Below, piece by piece: positions 10,534 to 19,840 of a stretch of 64,000 nt of DNA. Origin of the DNA: a virus; IMG/VR virus record IMGVR_UViG_3300044511_000013, positions 8,438 through 72,437 of that record. One strand, 5' to 3'. Both the position numbers and the translations under genes were made by a program. Below the pieces are notes generated by a model that was not told where the DNA came from, ran no database searches, and was given only the letters and a program-made list of their open reading frames with translations. Positions within the stretch are counted from its first letter, which is position 1. The number at the start of each line of letters is the position of its first letter.

Positions 10534-11164
10534 ATCGCCCCCGTGAAGCGCTCGCCGCCGCCCATGACCTCGGCGTACGGCTGTGAGCTACCGCCACGCC
10601 CGGATTCGAGCGCCTGCTCGGTGCTCTTGATGCGGAAGTAAATCCCCCACTCGGTCAGTTCTCGGGAGCTGATCTTGGCCAGCATCTCGGCAACTCCCAT
10701 GTGGAGGTGTTCGGCTAGAGCGAAGTAGAAGCGTCGTTCTCCGTCGAAGGCGAGGATTTTCCCAGCTCATTCTCCACCTGCCGACCGAGCCCGGAGAGGC
10801 GCATGGCCACCTGAGCGAGCTTCTCCAGCGTCGACCCGGACTTCGAGTTGAGCATCCCGGCGTCGGCAGCGGTGAAGGCCGGTTGACCCGTCTCGGGGTC
10901 GAACACGGTCGAGATGAGCAAGCTCGGGTACATGGCCTCGTAGTCCATGCCGCCATCGTCGGTGGCGAACGTGGCCATGAAGACCGCACGGGCCTGGCCG
11001 GTCATCCCTCGAACTTGCACGGTGACATCCCACGCTTCAACGTCGACCATTTCGGAGTCGATGTCGTCGGCGAGGGCGATGCGGTCCCGAAGCGAGAGCT
11101 TGGGCTCGGGCACCTCGACGGCAGGGAGGTCGATGAGGTCTGTCTGATCGGTCACTGTGGACAC
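10530..11164 (-). CDS. Tail assembly chaperone, long (G-T) form via -1 frameshift
   Basis: GGGAAAA at 10757-10763; the -1 frame reads ILAFDGERRFYFALAEHLHMGVAEMLAKISSRELTEWGIYF... and ends at a TGA overlapping the TMP start. Confidence 0.85.
10715..11164 (-). CDS. Tail assembly chaperone, short (G) form
   Basis: 149 aa ending ...ELGKSSP...; lies between tail tube genes and TMP. Confidence 0.85.
   Translation of the reverse strand: MSTVTDQTDLIDLPAVEVPEPKLSLRDRIALADDIDSEMVDVEAWDVTVQVRGMTGQARAVFMATFATDDGGMDYEAMYPSLLISTVFDPETGQPAFTAADAGMLNSKSGSTLEKLAQVAMRLSGLGRQVENELGKSSPSTENDASTSL
10757..10763 (-). promoter_or_regulatory. Programmed -1 ribosomal frameshift slippery site G GGA AAA
   Basis: Canonical slippery heptamer at the Gly-Lys codons; open -1 frame downstream. 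Confidence 0.85.
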
Positions 11165-11185
11165 TCCTTCAGGTTTGGATGTGGC

Positions 11186-11740
11186 TTATGCAGCGTGGGT
11201 GAAGCTCGCAGCGGCAGCGACGCCGAGCCCGGTCGTCGTGTTGTTCGTGAGGCTCGAAATGGTCGACCGGCGCAAGGCCAGGTCGGTGGCATCGCTGCTG
11301 CACGGGTTCCCGGAGAACACGAACTCGACGGTAGCTGCCACCAGCTCGGTGACTGCGCCTTGCACGCTGTAGTTCGAGATGAAGACCCGGCCGATGTAGA
11401 TGACCAGGCCCGTGGCCGTCACGCCCTCCGGCATGTACTTGATCGTGAACCCCTTGCCGGTGTTCTGAGCGAACGTGTCACCCGAAGTGGGGCCGTCGCT
11501 GGCAGCCAGCCTGGAGAGCATGTAGTCGGCAGCGGCATCAAAGAACCCCGAGCACGTGAAGCGCCCGTCAGGAATGCCTTGCACGTACGTCTTCGTGGTG
11601 TTCTGGAACGTGGTGCTCTCCGGGGTGTCCATCTGCCGGGGGAAGTTGACTTCCCGCAGGTAGGTGGACAGATCGAACATGGTTCCGTCCATCTGTTCGA
11701 TGTGGAGCCCGGTGCGCTTTCCGTGGCGGAACTGGGGCAT
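11186..11740 (-). CDS. Major tail (tube) protein paralog 2
   Basis: MPQFRHGK..DTPESTTF...KTYVQGIPDGRF..SGFFD...Y.PEG...NYSVQGAV; tail-tube-like; immediately upstream of the chaperone. Confidence 0.75.
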   Translation of the reverse strand: MPQFRHGKRTGLHIEQMDGTMFDLSTYLREVNFPRQMDTPESTTFQNTTKTYVQGIPDGRFTCSGFFDAAADYMLSRLAASDGPTSGDTFAQNTGKGFTIKYMPEGVTATGLVIYIGRVFISNYSVQGAVTELVAATVEFVFSGNPCSSDATDLALRRSTISSLTNNTTTGLGVAAAASFTHAA

Positions 11741-11758
11741 GAGGTTCTCCCTACTCGA

Positions 11759-12601
11759 TCAGAAGACGGTGGCAGTGATGGTGCCAGTGAGGGTCACGGT
11801 GCCGGTTGTCCCCGACGTGGCCATGGTGAGGCCGAGGTAACGGAGCACGGTCTGGCCGGTGAGCGACACGAACCCCGAGTACGTCCCTGAGGCGCTCATC
11901 TGCGGCAGCACCACGTGGGCGGAGGGGGTGCCGAGCGACGTGGTAGCGCTGGAGTTGATCGTGATGGTCGTGGCGGTCACTGTGCCCAGCGTGACGTTGA
12001 GGTGATATGCCACGTACATCGTCTGGCCAGAGCCGGTCGGTGCGCTCGTCCCACGGTCGGCCGTGTAGTTGGCCGGGGTGCCTGCGCCGTTGGCGTAGGC
12101 GCTCGAAGCGATCGTGAAAGCCTGGCCATTCGCCATCGTGCCGTCCATCACGATCTGGCCGGAGCGCAGACCGACGGTGGCGGCGTTCACGAAGTCAGCG
12201 CTGACGCCCACCAGGTCGCCGACAGCACCTTGAACCTGGTAGTTGGTCAGGTACCCGGACATGCTGTACGCACGCCGGGTGGCCGTACCCGCAGACAGGG
12301 CCGTGGCCGGTGCACCCTCAGGCAGGTAGCTGATCGTGCTCGGCGTGGTCGAGTTCATCATCGGAGCGAAGATCACGTCGACACCACCGGTCTGACCCGA
12401 GACCGCCGTGGCATCGAACATGCCCGCCAAGCTCAAACGACCGTCGGGCAGGCCGACGACGTAGGACTTGACCGGTGCCAGGAAGGCCGTCGAATCGGCC
12501 GTGTCCTGCTGCATGTTCATCTGCACCGACTTGAACTGGTTGCTCATGTCGTACTGGTCGACGTAGAACCGAGTCGACTTTCCGTGGCGGAATGTGGGCA
12601 T
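11759..12601 (-). CDS. Major tail (tube) protein paralog 1 with C-terminal extension
   Basis: MPTFRHGK..DTADSTAF...KSYVVGLPDGRL..GMFD...YLPEG...NYQVQGAV; aligns by eye with 11186-11740. Confidence 0.75.
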   Translation of the reverse strand: MPTFRHGKSTRFYVDQYDMSNQFKSVQMNMQQDTADSTAFLAPVKSYVVGLPDGRLSLAGMFDATAVSGQTGGVDVIFAPMMNSTTPSTISYLPEGAPATALSAGTATRRAYSMSGYLTNYQVQGAVGDLVGVSADFVNAATVGLRSGQIVMDGTMANGQAFTIASSAYANGAGTPANYTADRGTSAPTGSGQTMYVAYHLNVTLGTVTATTITINSSATTSLGTPSAHVVLPQMSASGTYSGFVSLTGQTVLRYLGLTMATSGTTGTVTLTGTITATVF

Positions 12602-12611
12602 CTGTGCTCCC

Positions 12612-12794
12612 CTACTCGATCACACCGTCTGCAAGCAGCGGTGCGGCTTCCTCGGCGCTGAGCGTGACGACGGTGCCGATGCCGATGCGGGCGAAGCCGC
12701 CCTCGACTTCGGTTACCCAGTCGCCGATGACGGTGTACGAGCCGGTCTTGGCTGGCTTGGTGGTCTCGGCGGGCACTTCCTGGTCCTCAGGCAT
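12612..12794 (-). CDS. Small acidic hypothetical protein
   Basis: MPEDQEVP... 60 aa with a GGGAG RBS; start reassigned from the ORF track. Confidence 0.55.
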   Translation of the reverse strand: MPEDQEVPAETTKPAKTGSYTVIGDWVTEVEGGFARIGIGTVVTLSAEEAAPLLADGVIE

Positions 12795-12883
12795 GTGGCT
12801 CCCTACGCACACGGCCTGACCAGGCAGCCTCAGCCGGTCACAGCGGACACTCTCGGGGATGCGATCCTCAGGCCACTCGGGCA

Positions 12884-13171
12884 CTACTCGGTTGTGCGAG
12901 TCACGGTACGAGGTCTGAGGGCCTGGGTGTTGTTCTTCCAACTGGTCGGCGGCCAGTCGGGTGGCGGGTGCTCCCCGATGTCCCGGTCGATGCGCTCAGC
13001 CAGCCACTTCGGCAGCCTGCCGTGCTGATTCCACGCCTTGCAGCGCTGGCACTTGATGGCCCACGGCCTCGACACGAAGGTGGCGAGCAAGTTCTGGCAG
13101 CGGGAGCACCTCGGCATCTCGTCGCACGTCAGTTCGACGGAGGTGGGGCCGTAGGCGTCACCCGTGCTCAC
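12884..13171 (-). CDS. Com-like zinc-ribbon protein
   Basis: RCSRCQNLLA...IKCQRCKAWN matches the Mu Com pattern (RC..C.KLL...I.C.RCK..N). Confidence 0.6.
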   Translation of the reverse strand: MSTGDAYGPTSVELTCDEMPRCSRCQNLLATFVSRPWAIKCQRCKAWNQHGRLPKWLAERIDRDIGEHPPPDWPPTSWKNNTQALRPRTVTRTTE

Positions 13172-13380
13172 GTGTGTCCCAGTCGCTCCTGCACCAGCCG
13201 AGCCAGGTCCTCCTCGCTGGTCTCGGGCTGACCCATCGTCTCCACCTGGTACTCGGGCTGCGTCTCGGGCATCGTGACGTACAGGTCCTCGATGAGCGCA
13301 TCCAGCATGGTCAGGTGAGCCCGCTGGGCATCACGAAGTGCGATCAAGCGCCTGCCGAACTGGTCAGCGGTGAGCGGCAT
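13168..13380 (-). CDS. Hypothetical protein
   Basis: MPLTADQFGRR... 70 aa, coupled to both neighbours. Confidence 0.5.
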   Translation of the reverse strand: MPLTADQFGRRLIALRDAQRAHLTMLDALIEDLYVTMPETQPEYQVETMGQPETSEEDLARLVQERLGHT

Positions 13381-13616
13381 CAGATTTCCTCCCAGCGGCC
13401 CTCGAACAGCCAGCCGTGCCACGAGTACTCAGGGTGGTTCGGGAAGGTACCCGGCATGACCAGGATGGCGGGGGAAATGCTGATCGAGCCGTTCGCCTCG
13501 ACGGTGACCTTGTGCTTGGACTCGTGGATCAGGATGGCCTTCGGACACCCCGGTGGACGCACGATCCAGCGGCCGTCGGCCCGCTGCCGCCAGAAGCCAC
13601 GGTCCTGTCCGGCCAT
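13380..13616 (-). CDS. Hypothetical protein, DUF6527-like
   Basis: NGSISISPAI......WHGWLFEGRW resembles the TLxPSI...HxxIxxGxW pattern; recognised by eye only. Confidence 0.4.
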   Translation of the reverse strand: MAGQDRGFWRQRADGRWIVRPPGCPKAILIHESKHKVTVEANGSISISPAILVMPGTFPNHPEYSWHGWLFEGRWEEI

Positions 13617-13617
13617 C

Positions 13618-14016
13618 TCACACTTCGGCTATGAAGTTGGCCGTGAACTCAGGCCGTTCGTTGGTATCCCTTCCCAGGTACATCGGCGAACTGACCGGCA
13701 CGATCACGTGGTAGACGGTGCTGTTGATCGTGCGGGAACTGACCAGGCCCAGGTCGCTCCAGATGTTCTCGATGAGGGTCCGGGCAGCCTGGGCACCCGT
13801 GATGGCCCCTCGGACCCGGACCTGAAGCCCGTAGCTGCGCAGCACCGGGGGCTGGCTCCCACCGAGTGAGTACTCGGGAGCTGATCCGCCCGTCTCGGTG
13901 AGCACCACGACGGCATCCGGGGTCTCCGGCATCCAGTTGATGAAGCAGTCGGTACCGAGCGCCGTGATGCGGCCGGTGGAGACCAAGTGGGAGGCAACGT
14001 CCTCGGGCATCCCCAT
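13618..14016 (-). CDS. Tail terminator (minor capsid-3-like)
   Basis: MP.TPD.VV.L.ETGG..P, QVRVRG, P.YLGRD.N.R.EF..NF motifs. Confidence 0.75.
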   Translation of the reverse strand: MGMPEDVASHLVSTGRITALGTDCFINWMPETPDAVVVLTETGGSAPEYSLGGSQPPVLRSYGLQVRVRGAITGAQAARTLIENIWSDLGLVSSRTINSTVYHVIVPVSSPMYLGRDTNERPEFTANFIAEV

Positions 14017-14020
14017 GGCG

Positions 14021-14521
14021 CTACTTCAGTGCTCGCTTGATGACGGCCTCGGCGATGGCCACGACGTTCTTGGTCTCCGCCTTGAGCGGGTCCTCCAGGA
14101 ACTTGGCCTTCGTCGGGTGCTTGTGCGCCATGTACAAGTCCTCGTGCACGTGCAGAGCGTAGGGAGTCGCCGGGCCACCGAAGCCCATCTCGACGCTGAG
14201 CTGGCCGTTGCTCCAGATGGGTGCCCGCACGAAACCGGAGCCACGTAGCGCCCCGGTGCGTACCGGCACCTGGAGCTTGGCCTTGGTCATCACGTGCTCG
14301 GCAGCCATTGCGATCCCGGACCCGGCAGCCGCCAGCGTGGATGCGGTGGCCTCGACCAGTGCCTTGGCCAGCTCCTGGGCTCCCGTCACGTCCATCGTGT
14401 CGGGGATGGCCGGGACCCTGACCCAGGCCCCGCCGCTGATCTGTTGCCTCAGGTCCTGGGCGTCGGGCCGTGCTCTGGGTGTGGCGAAGTAGGCCACACG
14501 TTTCGGCGGTGCGGTAGCCAT
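14021..14521 (-). CDS. HK97 gp10-like neck/tail completion protein
   Basis: AK..VPV.TG.LR.SG ... YA..VHE ... AKFLE.P motif. Confidence 0.8.
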   Translation of the reverse strand: MATAPPKRVAYFATPRARPDAQDLRQQISGGAWVRVPAIPDTMDVTGAQELAKALVEATASTLAAAGSGIAMAAEHVMTKAKLQVPVRTGALRGSGFVRAPIWSNGQLSVEMGFGGPATPYALHVHEDLYMAHKHPTKAKFLEDPLKAETKNVVAIAEAVIKRALK

Positions 14522-14522
14522 C

Positions 14523-14852
14523 TCACGATCCCGGTGCGATCACGAGTTCCTGGTGGTGTACCCCCGCCTCGTCGTACTCGGTGCGCAGGTCCTCGATGAC
14601 GTAGTTGGCCCCGCCGTAGACGATCCGGTCCAGGATCGTGATGGTGGTCGCCTCGGTGATGATCCGGTGGCGCTGGACCGACTCCCGGCCACTGTCACTC
14701 ACCTGGCGTCTCGTGTCGGGTTCGATCCGGGCCTTGTAGGTGCCCCGTGCCGTCGAGGAGTAGCCCGACTGGCCGTAAGCGTCGACCGCCGACCTCGGAT
14801 AGGCGGTGATCGTCACCGGCATCAGGTCGAGCCAAGCCTGGTCCAGTGTCAT
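14523..14852 (-). CDS. Head closure / stopper protein
   Basis: 109 aa; D.YG, ARIE, DRI motifs; neck position. Confidence 0.65.
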   Translation of the reverse strand: MTLDQAWLDLMPVTITAYPRSAVDAYGQSGYSSTARGTYKARIEPDTRRQVSDSGRESVQRHRIITEATTITILDRIVYGGANYVIEDLRTEYDEAGVHHQELVIAPGS

Positions 14853-15115
14853 GGAGCCAGAGCCGGGGCGATGAGGAGTTGGCTGGTACCCGTGCCTGTG
14901 GAGACGATGCCGTACAGGTCGCTGTTGACCTGGATACGAATGCTGGCCGCCGCCGCCACGCTGTACCCGGTCCCGAACGTGACCGTCGAGGGTCCCAACT
15001 CGATCGCCACGCCCGAGGTGTTCGAGAACAGCACGTCTGCGCCGTACCTGGCGTCCACAGCGGCGTCATACAGCTTGGTGGCAGTGGCATTGACGGTGAT
15101 CCGCTTGGCAAGCAT
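14849..15115 (-). CDS. Hypothetical virion-associated protein
   Basis: 88 aa, beta-rich, within the neck module. Confidence 0.45.
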   Translation of the reverse strand: MLAKRITVNATATKLYDAAVDARYGADVLFSNTSGVAIELGPSTVTFGTGYSVAAAASIRIQVNSDLYGIVSTGTGTSQLLIAPALAP

Positions 15116-15124
15116 GTGGGGCTC

Positions 15125-15574
15125 CTACGGGCCTGTGAGAGCGCCTGTGCCCGTGGGGGCTGCGCTGGACTGGCGGGGGTTGCGGTGCAAGTCGATCTCG
15201 ATGCCACGGTTGACCGAGTACAGGTCGTCGTCGCCGCCGTCCTTCTCGGACTTGGTGACCCCGAAGGTGAGCACGGTGCCGGGAGCCATACGGTCGGCCT
15301 GGCGTTGCAGCTCATCGGCCAGTTGGGCGTAGTTCCTCGCCCTCGTGGCGTAGTCGAGGTGCAGCGACCCGACAGTGCGGGAGAGCTGATTCGAGTACCG
15401 GGCAGAGAGCTGGCGTGCCGCCTGGGCCGCCGCTCGCAGCGCCGTGCCGTGCTCAACGATCAGGTAGTTGATCTCGGCGTCGCTGAACTGCCATGGGCTC
15501 GCCGTGTCGCCGATACGGAACCTGACGGCATCCTTGTCGCTCGCCATCGGGTCGTTGGCGTACGTCGCCGACAT
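15125..15574 (-). CDS. Head-to-tail adaptor
   Basis: D.VRF.IGDT....FSD.EI.YL motif typical of adaptors. Confidence 0.75.
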   Translation of the reverse strand: MSATYANDPMASDKDAVRFRIGDTASPWQFSDAEINYLIVEHGTALRAAAQAARQLSARYSNQLSRTVGSLHLDYATRARNYAQLADELQRQADRMAPGTVLTFGVTKSEKDGGDDDLYSVNRGIEIDLHRNPRQSSAAPTGTGALTGP

Positions 15575-15579
15575 GGGAG

Positions 15580-16161
15580 CTAGCCGTCGTCAGAAGCGAG
15601 TCGAGCCTCGATGGCCTCGGTGACCGTGACTCTGGCCTTGCCGTTCGTCTCGGCCTCAAGCGCATCGAGTAGCTCGGCCTCGGTGCGGTCCTCGGACTCC
15701 GCCCACTCGATTGCCTCGCTGGCCTTCAGGCTGGTGATCGAGAACGGTTCGACGCCTTCTGCCTCGGCGGCTGCTTCGGCCTCTGCCGCTGCTTCTGCCT
15801 CAGCGGCCTCAGCGGCATCCTTGGCTGCCAGCGCCTCCAGCGCTTCCTCTTGGTTGTGCTCGTCGGCGAACTCGACCTCGGGTTCGACGGGCTCCTCGGC
15901 AGCTGCCTCGAAGACTTCGTGGTAGCGACCACGCTCCAGGCCCCGGATGACCTCGATCGACTGCGCCCTCATCCAATTCGGCGCACCACCGAAGGCACGG
16001 AGCGCCTGCTGAAGCTCGCCGGGCTCAAACGACACGACGATGTGGCCTTGATCGACCCACGCCGTCAGGTTCGACCAGTCTCCGGCCTCGGGGATTTCGT
16101 CGCCGGGCTGGCAGACCTGATCGCCAACCTGCATTGCTCGGCCTGCGAAGTAGCGGGGCAT
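15580..16161 (-). CDS. Hypothetical head-associated protein
   Basis: 193 aa, acidic EAAAE linker, C-terminal E..GK.R.TV..AI..RL motif. Confidence 0.5.
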   Translation of the reverse strand: MPRYFAGRAMQVGDQVCQPGDEIPEAGDWSNLTAWVDQGHIVVSFEPGELQQALRAFGGAPNWMRAQSIEVIRGLERGRYHEVFEAAAEEPVEPEVEFADEHNQEEALEALAAKDAAEAAEAEAAAEAEAAAEAEGVEPFSITSLKASEAIEWAESEDRTEAELLDALEAETNGKARVTVTEAIEARLASDDG

Positions 16162-16162
16162 G

Positions 16163-16705
16163 TCAACCTCGGGACATCATCGTGGTGAGCAAGTCGGTGT
16201 TGACGGGAGTATCCCGGACCCCGAGCTGCGCCATCGGGTTGCGGTCCACCACCGGGGCCGTGGTGGTCGAAGGCGTCAGCGTAGGGGCAGTGCCGCCCAA
16301 GCTGTTGCCAATCGTCACCTGCGGCACGTTGCCCCGGTTGACGAAGGTGAGCGTGATGTTCGCATGACCGGCCCCGCCCCCGGTGACGGTGATGTCACCG
16401 ACACCGACCTTCCCGAGCGCCTCCAACGCCGTCGTGATGGTTGCCGCCGTGGCGTCGTGGTCGATCGCCCCCGTCGTCTCGCCGTCGAAGGTGATCGTGT
16501 AGGACCCGGCGTTGACCGTGCCACCCCACGTGAGCGTCTGCACCTCGGTCACGTCGCCATGCGTGACGATCACGTGCCCGGCCTGGATGAGCGCCGGGAG
16601 CGCCCGACCAAGGAAGGTGATGTCGCTGCCGATGAGCGTGTAACCCACAGCACGGGTCGTCCCGTCGATCGGGCCTGGCCGGTTGAGGGTGTAGACGAGC
16701 GCCAC
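16163..16705 (-). CDS. Putative capsid decoration / Ig-like virion protein
   Basis: EVQTLT..G...G.YTITF.G.TT..I...AT...+..ALEAL module; follows the major capsid gene. Confidence 0.5.
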   Translation of the reverse strand: MALVYTLNRPGPIDGTTRAVGYTLIGSDITFLGRALPALIQAGHVIVTHGDVTEVQTLTWGGTVNAGSYTITFDGETTGAIDHDATAATITTALEALGKVGVGDITVTGGGAGHANITLTFVNRGNVPQVTIGNSLGGTAPTLTPSTTTAPVVDRNPMAQLGVRDTPVNTDLLTTMMSRG

Positions 16706-16717
16706 GAGGGTCGCCCC

Positions 16718-17716
16718 CTACTGCACGATCGTGTTGAAAAAGATTCCGCAGTCGGCTGCCACAACCTTGTGGTCGTACGCCATCTCCATCTCGATCCGGT
16801 CGGACTCCAGGTGCTCCATGCGCATCCGCTTCGTGCGGGTGCCCATCGCCCCGGCACCGTAGAGCCCGCTCCACGAGAACGTGTACCCGGCGCTCGGCAT
16901 CATGATGCTCGGAGTCGGGTTGACGTAGAGGAGCAACGCCCCCTTGGTGGAGGCGACGTAGCTCATGGTCGCCGTGGCCGCTTCCTGAGCTGTGTTCTGT
17001 GTGGCACGGGCAACGAGCACCCGCTCCACGTTGAACAGCTGCGCCAGGAGCTGAAGCGTCGGGATGGCAGGACCTTGGGTGTACTTGATGCGGTCGAGGA
17101 TGACCGGGTGCACCAGGAGCTTTTGCTCCACGTACGGCGTGATGACGAGCGTGTTCGGCCGGAAGCCGGTCTGCTCATCCATCCGCATGGCGTAGGTCGT
17201 GACATCGTTGATCGGGTCAGACCCGGCACGGTCCCACTGGATGACCTGGTTGGCAGCCGCCGTGGCAGCACCGGTCACGTCGAGCGGAGCGCCCGTGATC
17301 CCGGCCCAAATGCCGGTGGTGAAGTACTTCGTCACCCACAGTTGGTCCTTCCTGAGGAGCATCTGCTGGGTGCAGAAGATCGTGGCGTCCCGGTCCATGT
17401 CGAGCGGGGTGTCCGTGTTGGCTCGGGTCTGGTCGTCCACGTCCTTGTGGACTGCGAACACCCGACAGAAGTACGTCGGGGTCGAGTCCACAGCCCAGCC
17501 GGAACCTGCCGACTCGGTGCTCGGGGCTCGCTCCTGAGCCTGGGTACGGAACCAATACGACTTGTCGTACGTGAAGTACCGGTTCGACTGCTTGTCGCTC
17601 GGGACAACCGGGAACACCTTGTCGGCGATGAACCGGTCTTCTCGCTGGATGTAAGCCACCGAGATGTTCGTGAGCGGCACGTTGACGTGAACGTCGCTCC
17701 GTGTGGGCTGCGGCAT
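16718..17716 (-). CDS. Major capsid protein
   Basis: 332 aa; PLTNISVAY, FIADKVFP.VP..KQS..Y, G.RPNTLV, PSAGYTF motifs of lambda-E-like/XkdG-like capsids. Confidence 0.9.
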   Translation of the reverse strand: MPQPTRSDVHVNVPLTNISVAYIQREDRFIADKVFPVVPSDKQSNRYFTYDKSYWFRTQAQERAPSTESAGSGWAVDSTPTYFCRVFAVHKDVDDQTRANTDTPLDMDRDATIFCTQQMLLRKDQLWVTKYFTTGIWAGITGAPLDVTGAATAAANQVIQWDRAGSDPINDVTTYAMRMDEQTGFRPNTLVITPYVEQKLLVHPVILDRIKYTQGPAIPTLQLLAQLFNVERVLVARATQNTAQEAATATMSYVASTKGALLLYVNPTPSIMMPSAGYTFSWSGLYGAGAMGTRTKRMRMEHLESDRIEMEMAYDHKVVAADCGIFFNTIVQ

Positions 17717-17743
17717 CGTGTGCTCCTACTCCGGTGATCCGGC

Positions 17744-18169
17744 TTAGACCTGGATTTGGTTGCGACGGGGGTTCATGCAGTCGATCATCACCGTGATGAG
17801 TTCATTCACGGCTCCACCGACGATGCAGGTGCCGATGACCCACAGGAAGTCAGTGGCGGCTCCACGCTCCACAACCTTGCCTGCGGTGTCGACACCGACC
17901 GACTTCCCGGTGGTCACCGTGCCGCCAGCTACGGCCTTGGTGATCCCCGAGACCATGATCTCGACTGCGCCGAACGTGCCGTCTGCCAGCGCCGATGCCG
18001 GGGTCTTCTCCTGAAGCACCCCGACCGGACGCAGCGTGTCGTTGTTGGCCCCGGTCACGTCCATCAACTCGCAGCGACCGTCCGATCGCAGCGTGACCAC
18101 GACGAACGGCGTGGTGAGCGCCTCATTGGCAACAAGGGTCATCTTGTAGCCAGGAACTTCGTACGCCAT
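17744..18169 (-). CDS. Capsid cement / decoration protein (DUF2190-like)
   Basis: 141 aa, GVLQ...V.+M.SGI....AGG.V..G..V..D..GK.V; between scaffold and capsid. Confidence 0.65.
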   Translation of the reverse strand: MAYEVPGYKMTLVANEALTTPFVVVTLRSDGRCELMDVTGANNDTLRPVGVLQEKTPASALADGTFGAVEIMVSGITKAVAGGTVTTGKSVGVDTAGKVVERGAATDFLWVIGTCIVGGAVNELITVMIDCMNPRRNQIQV

Positions 18170-18173
18170 CTCG

Positions 18174-18770
18174 TCACGCTCCCTGCTGGCTGTTGATGTA
18201 CTGCTCGTACGACTCCGGCGTCAGCGCTTGCACGTACGCCTCCTCGCTGGTGAGCAACGGGTTCTGGTCCCGGAGGCTCTTGGCGATGGTGTCGATCTGC
18301 TGGGTGATCTCGCCGCCCGGCATGGCCGAGCCGATCTCCTCGAACAGCCTCGACTCCTTGACCGCCGTCGACGCCTTGGTGAGCGCCTCGACGGTCTTGT
18401 CGTAGGCCCCGGTGCCGTGCACCGCCTTGAGGGTCTCGACAATCTCGGCCTCGGGCATCGCCAGCCCGGAGAGGCCCTTGGCGATGTCGGTGATCTCCCG
18501 GTCGATCCGGGCCTGGCGCTCGGCCTTGGCAACCTCGGTGGCCTGTTCGGCTACCGCACGGGCCTGGGCCAGCTCGCCGTAGAGGCTCTTGACGATCGTC
18601 TGTGCTGCCGGGTCGAGCGACTTGAAGACGGTCTCCAGGTCGCTGTCATCGAACTTGGTCACGGGCTCGGGGTCCTCCTCGTGCTTGAGAATCTCGTCCT
18701 CCAGCTTGGTGATGTACTCCTGGACCCAATCGTCGAGGGCCTCGAAGTCGCCCTTTGCGGTTCCGGTCAT
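18174..18770 (-). CDS. Capsid scaffolding protein
   Basis: Start reassigned to MTGTAKGDFE (GAGAGGA RBS); acidic coiled coil with repeated xxKS/KA; FEEIGS motif. Confidence 0.7.
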   Translation of the reverse strand: MTGTAKGDFEALDDWVQEYITKLEDEILKHEEDPEPVTKFDDSDLETVFKSLDPAAQTIVKSLYGELAQARAVAEQATEVAKAERQARIDREITDIAKGLSGLAMPEAEIVETLKAVHGTGAYDKTVEALTKASTAVKESRLFEEIGSAMPGGEITQQIDTIAKSLRDQNPLLTSEEAYVQALTPESYEQYINSQQGA

Positions 18771-18832
18771 CGTGATTCCTCTCGATGCGTGTTGGTCTGC
18801 ACGGTACAGAGGCCGTCGGGCCAAGTGTTGTT

Positions 18833-19840
18833 CTACGAGCCCCTGTAGCCCTCTTGCCACCATGCGGGGTTGTCCCGTACCCCGAGGGTGCCCCAGTTGA
18901 TGTTGCTGTTGGTGCTGTTGCGCCACCACTCGGAGTCGTTGAGGTCCGTTGCCTTCTCGCCCAGCAACCGGTCCAACAGGCTCTTGCGCTTGGGCTTGGC
19001 GGGCTTCGGTGGCTCGGCCATCTTGCGGTCCCTCAGCGCCTTGCGCTTGGCCGCCGACGATGCTGCCGTGAGGGCGATCGCCGTCTTGTCGGTGTCCCAG
19101 TTGGCGTCCGCTGCCTCGACGGTGTTGCCGGTCAGCTTGCGCCAAGCGTCCTGCGAGAAGCCGTACTGGTTGCGCACACCGTCGCCAGTGTCCTCGGCCA
19201 ACGCCTTGAACCAATCGGCCGGGGTCTTGTTGTAGCGCTTCGCCTGGTCCCGCCAGTCCGAACCCGGCATCCCCTCGTCCGGTGCGTTGTCCCCGCCCAA
19301 CCCCTTGACGTGCTGATTGCCCCGGAAGGGGTGGCCCGCCTCGCCGCTTGGGCCTGATCCACCGCCGCCCACCTTGACGTACTGGTTCCCACGGAACGGG
19401 TGTCCGGGGAAGTCACCCTTGGTGATCTTGGGCTTGGTGGGGTTCGGGTCGTCCTTCTTGGGAGGCTCCTCGCCGTCGACCATGAGCTTCTGGCGCAGCT
19501 TGGACCGCTTGTCGGTCGGCTTCTTGCGCTCAGGTATCTCCGGCTTCTCGTCCTCGGGCTCCTCGGCCTCACGGTCCTCGTCGAGTTCGTCCTTCTCGTC
19601 CTCGTCGAGGTCGGCTTCCTCGGTCCTGGGCTCGGGCTCGTCCTTCCCTGCAAACGGCTTCTTTTTGCCCTTGGGCTTCTCCGAACCGAGCGGCCGGTCG
19701 ACATGGGTGTCGCCCCCGTCGGGTTCGGCCTTGGACACATCCCGCTTGAAGATCATCACTTCGGCACCGGGCTCAGCGGGTCGGTCGACCAGCGACACCC
19801 GACGCAAGCGGACCTTGCGGAGACGAGACACCCGAGCCAT
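18833..19840 (-). CDS. Protein with prohead-protease terminal strand (VSLVDRPA), charged linker and two GHPFRGNQ tags
   Basis: N-terminal LRRVSLVDRPAEPGAEVMIFKR; tags at 19379-19420 and 19310-19345. Confidence 0.65.
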   Translation of the reverse strand: MARVSRLRKVRLRRVSLVDRPAEPGAEVMIFKRDVSKAEPDGGDTHVDRPLGSEKPKGKKKPFAGKDEPEPRTEEADLDEDEKDELDEDREAEEPEDEKPEIPERKKPTDKRSKLRQKLMVDGEEPPKKDDPNPTKPKITKGDFPGHPFRGNQYVKVGGGGSGPSGEAGHPFRGNQHVKGLGGDNAPDEGMPGSDWRDQAKRYNKTPADWFKALAEDTGDGVRNQYGFSQDAWRKLTGNTVEAADANWDTDKTAIALTAASSAAKRKALRDRKMAEPPKPAKPKRKSLLDRLLGEKATDLNDSEWWRNSTNSNINWGTLGVRDNPAWWQEGYRGS

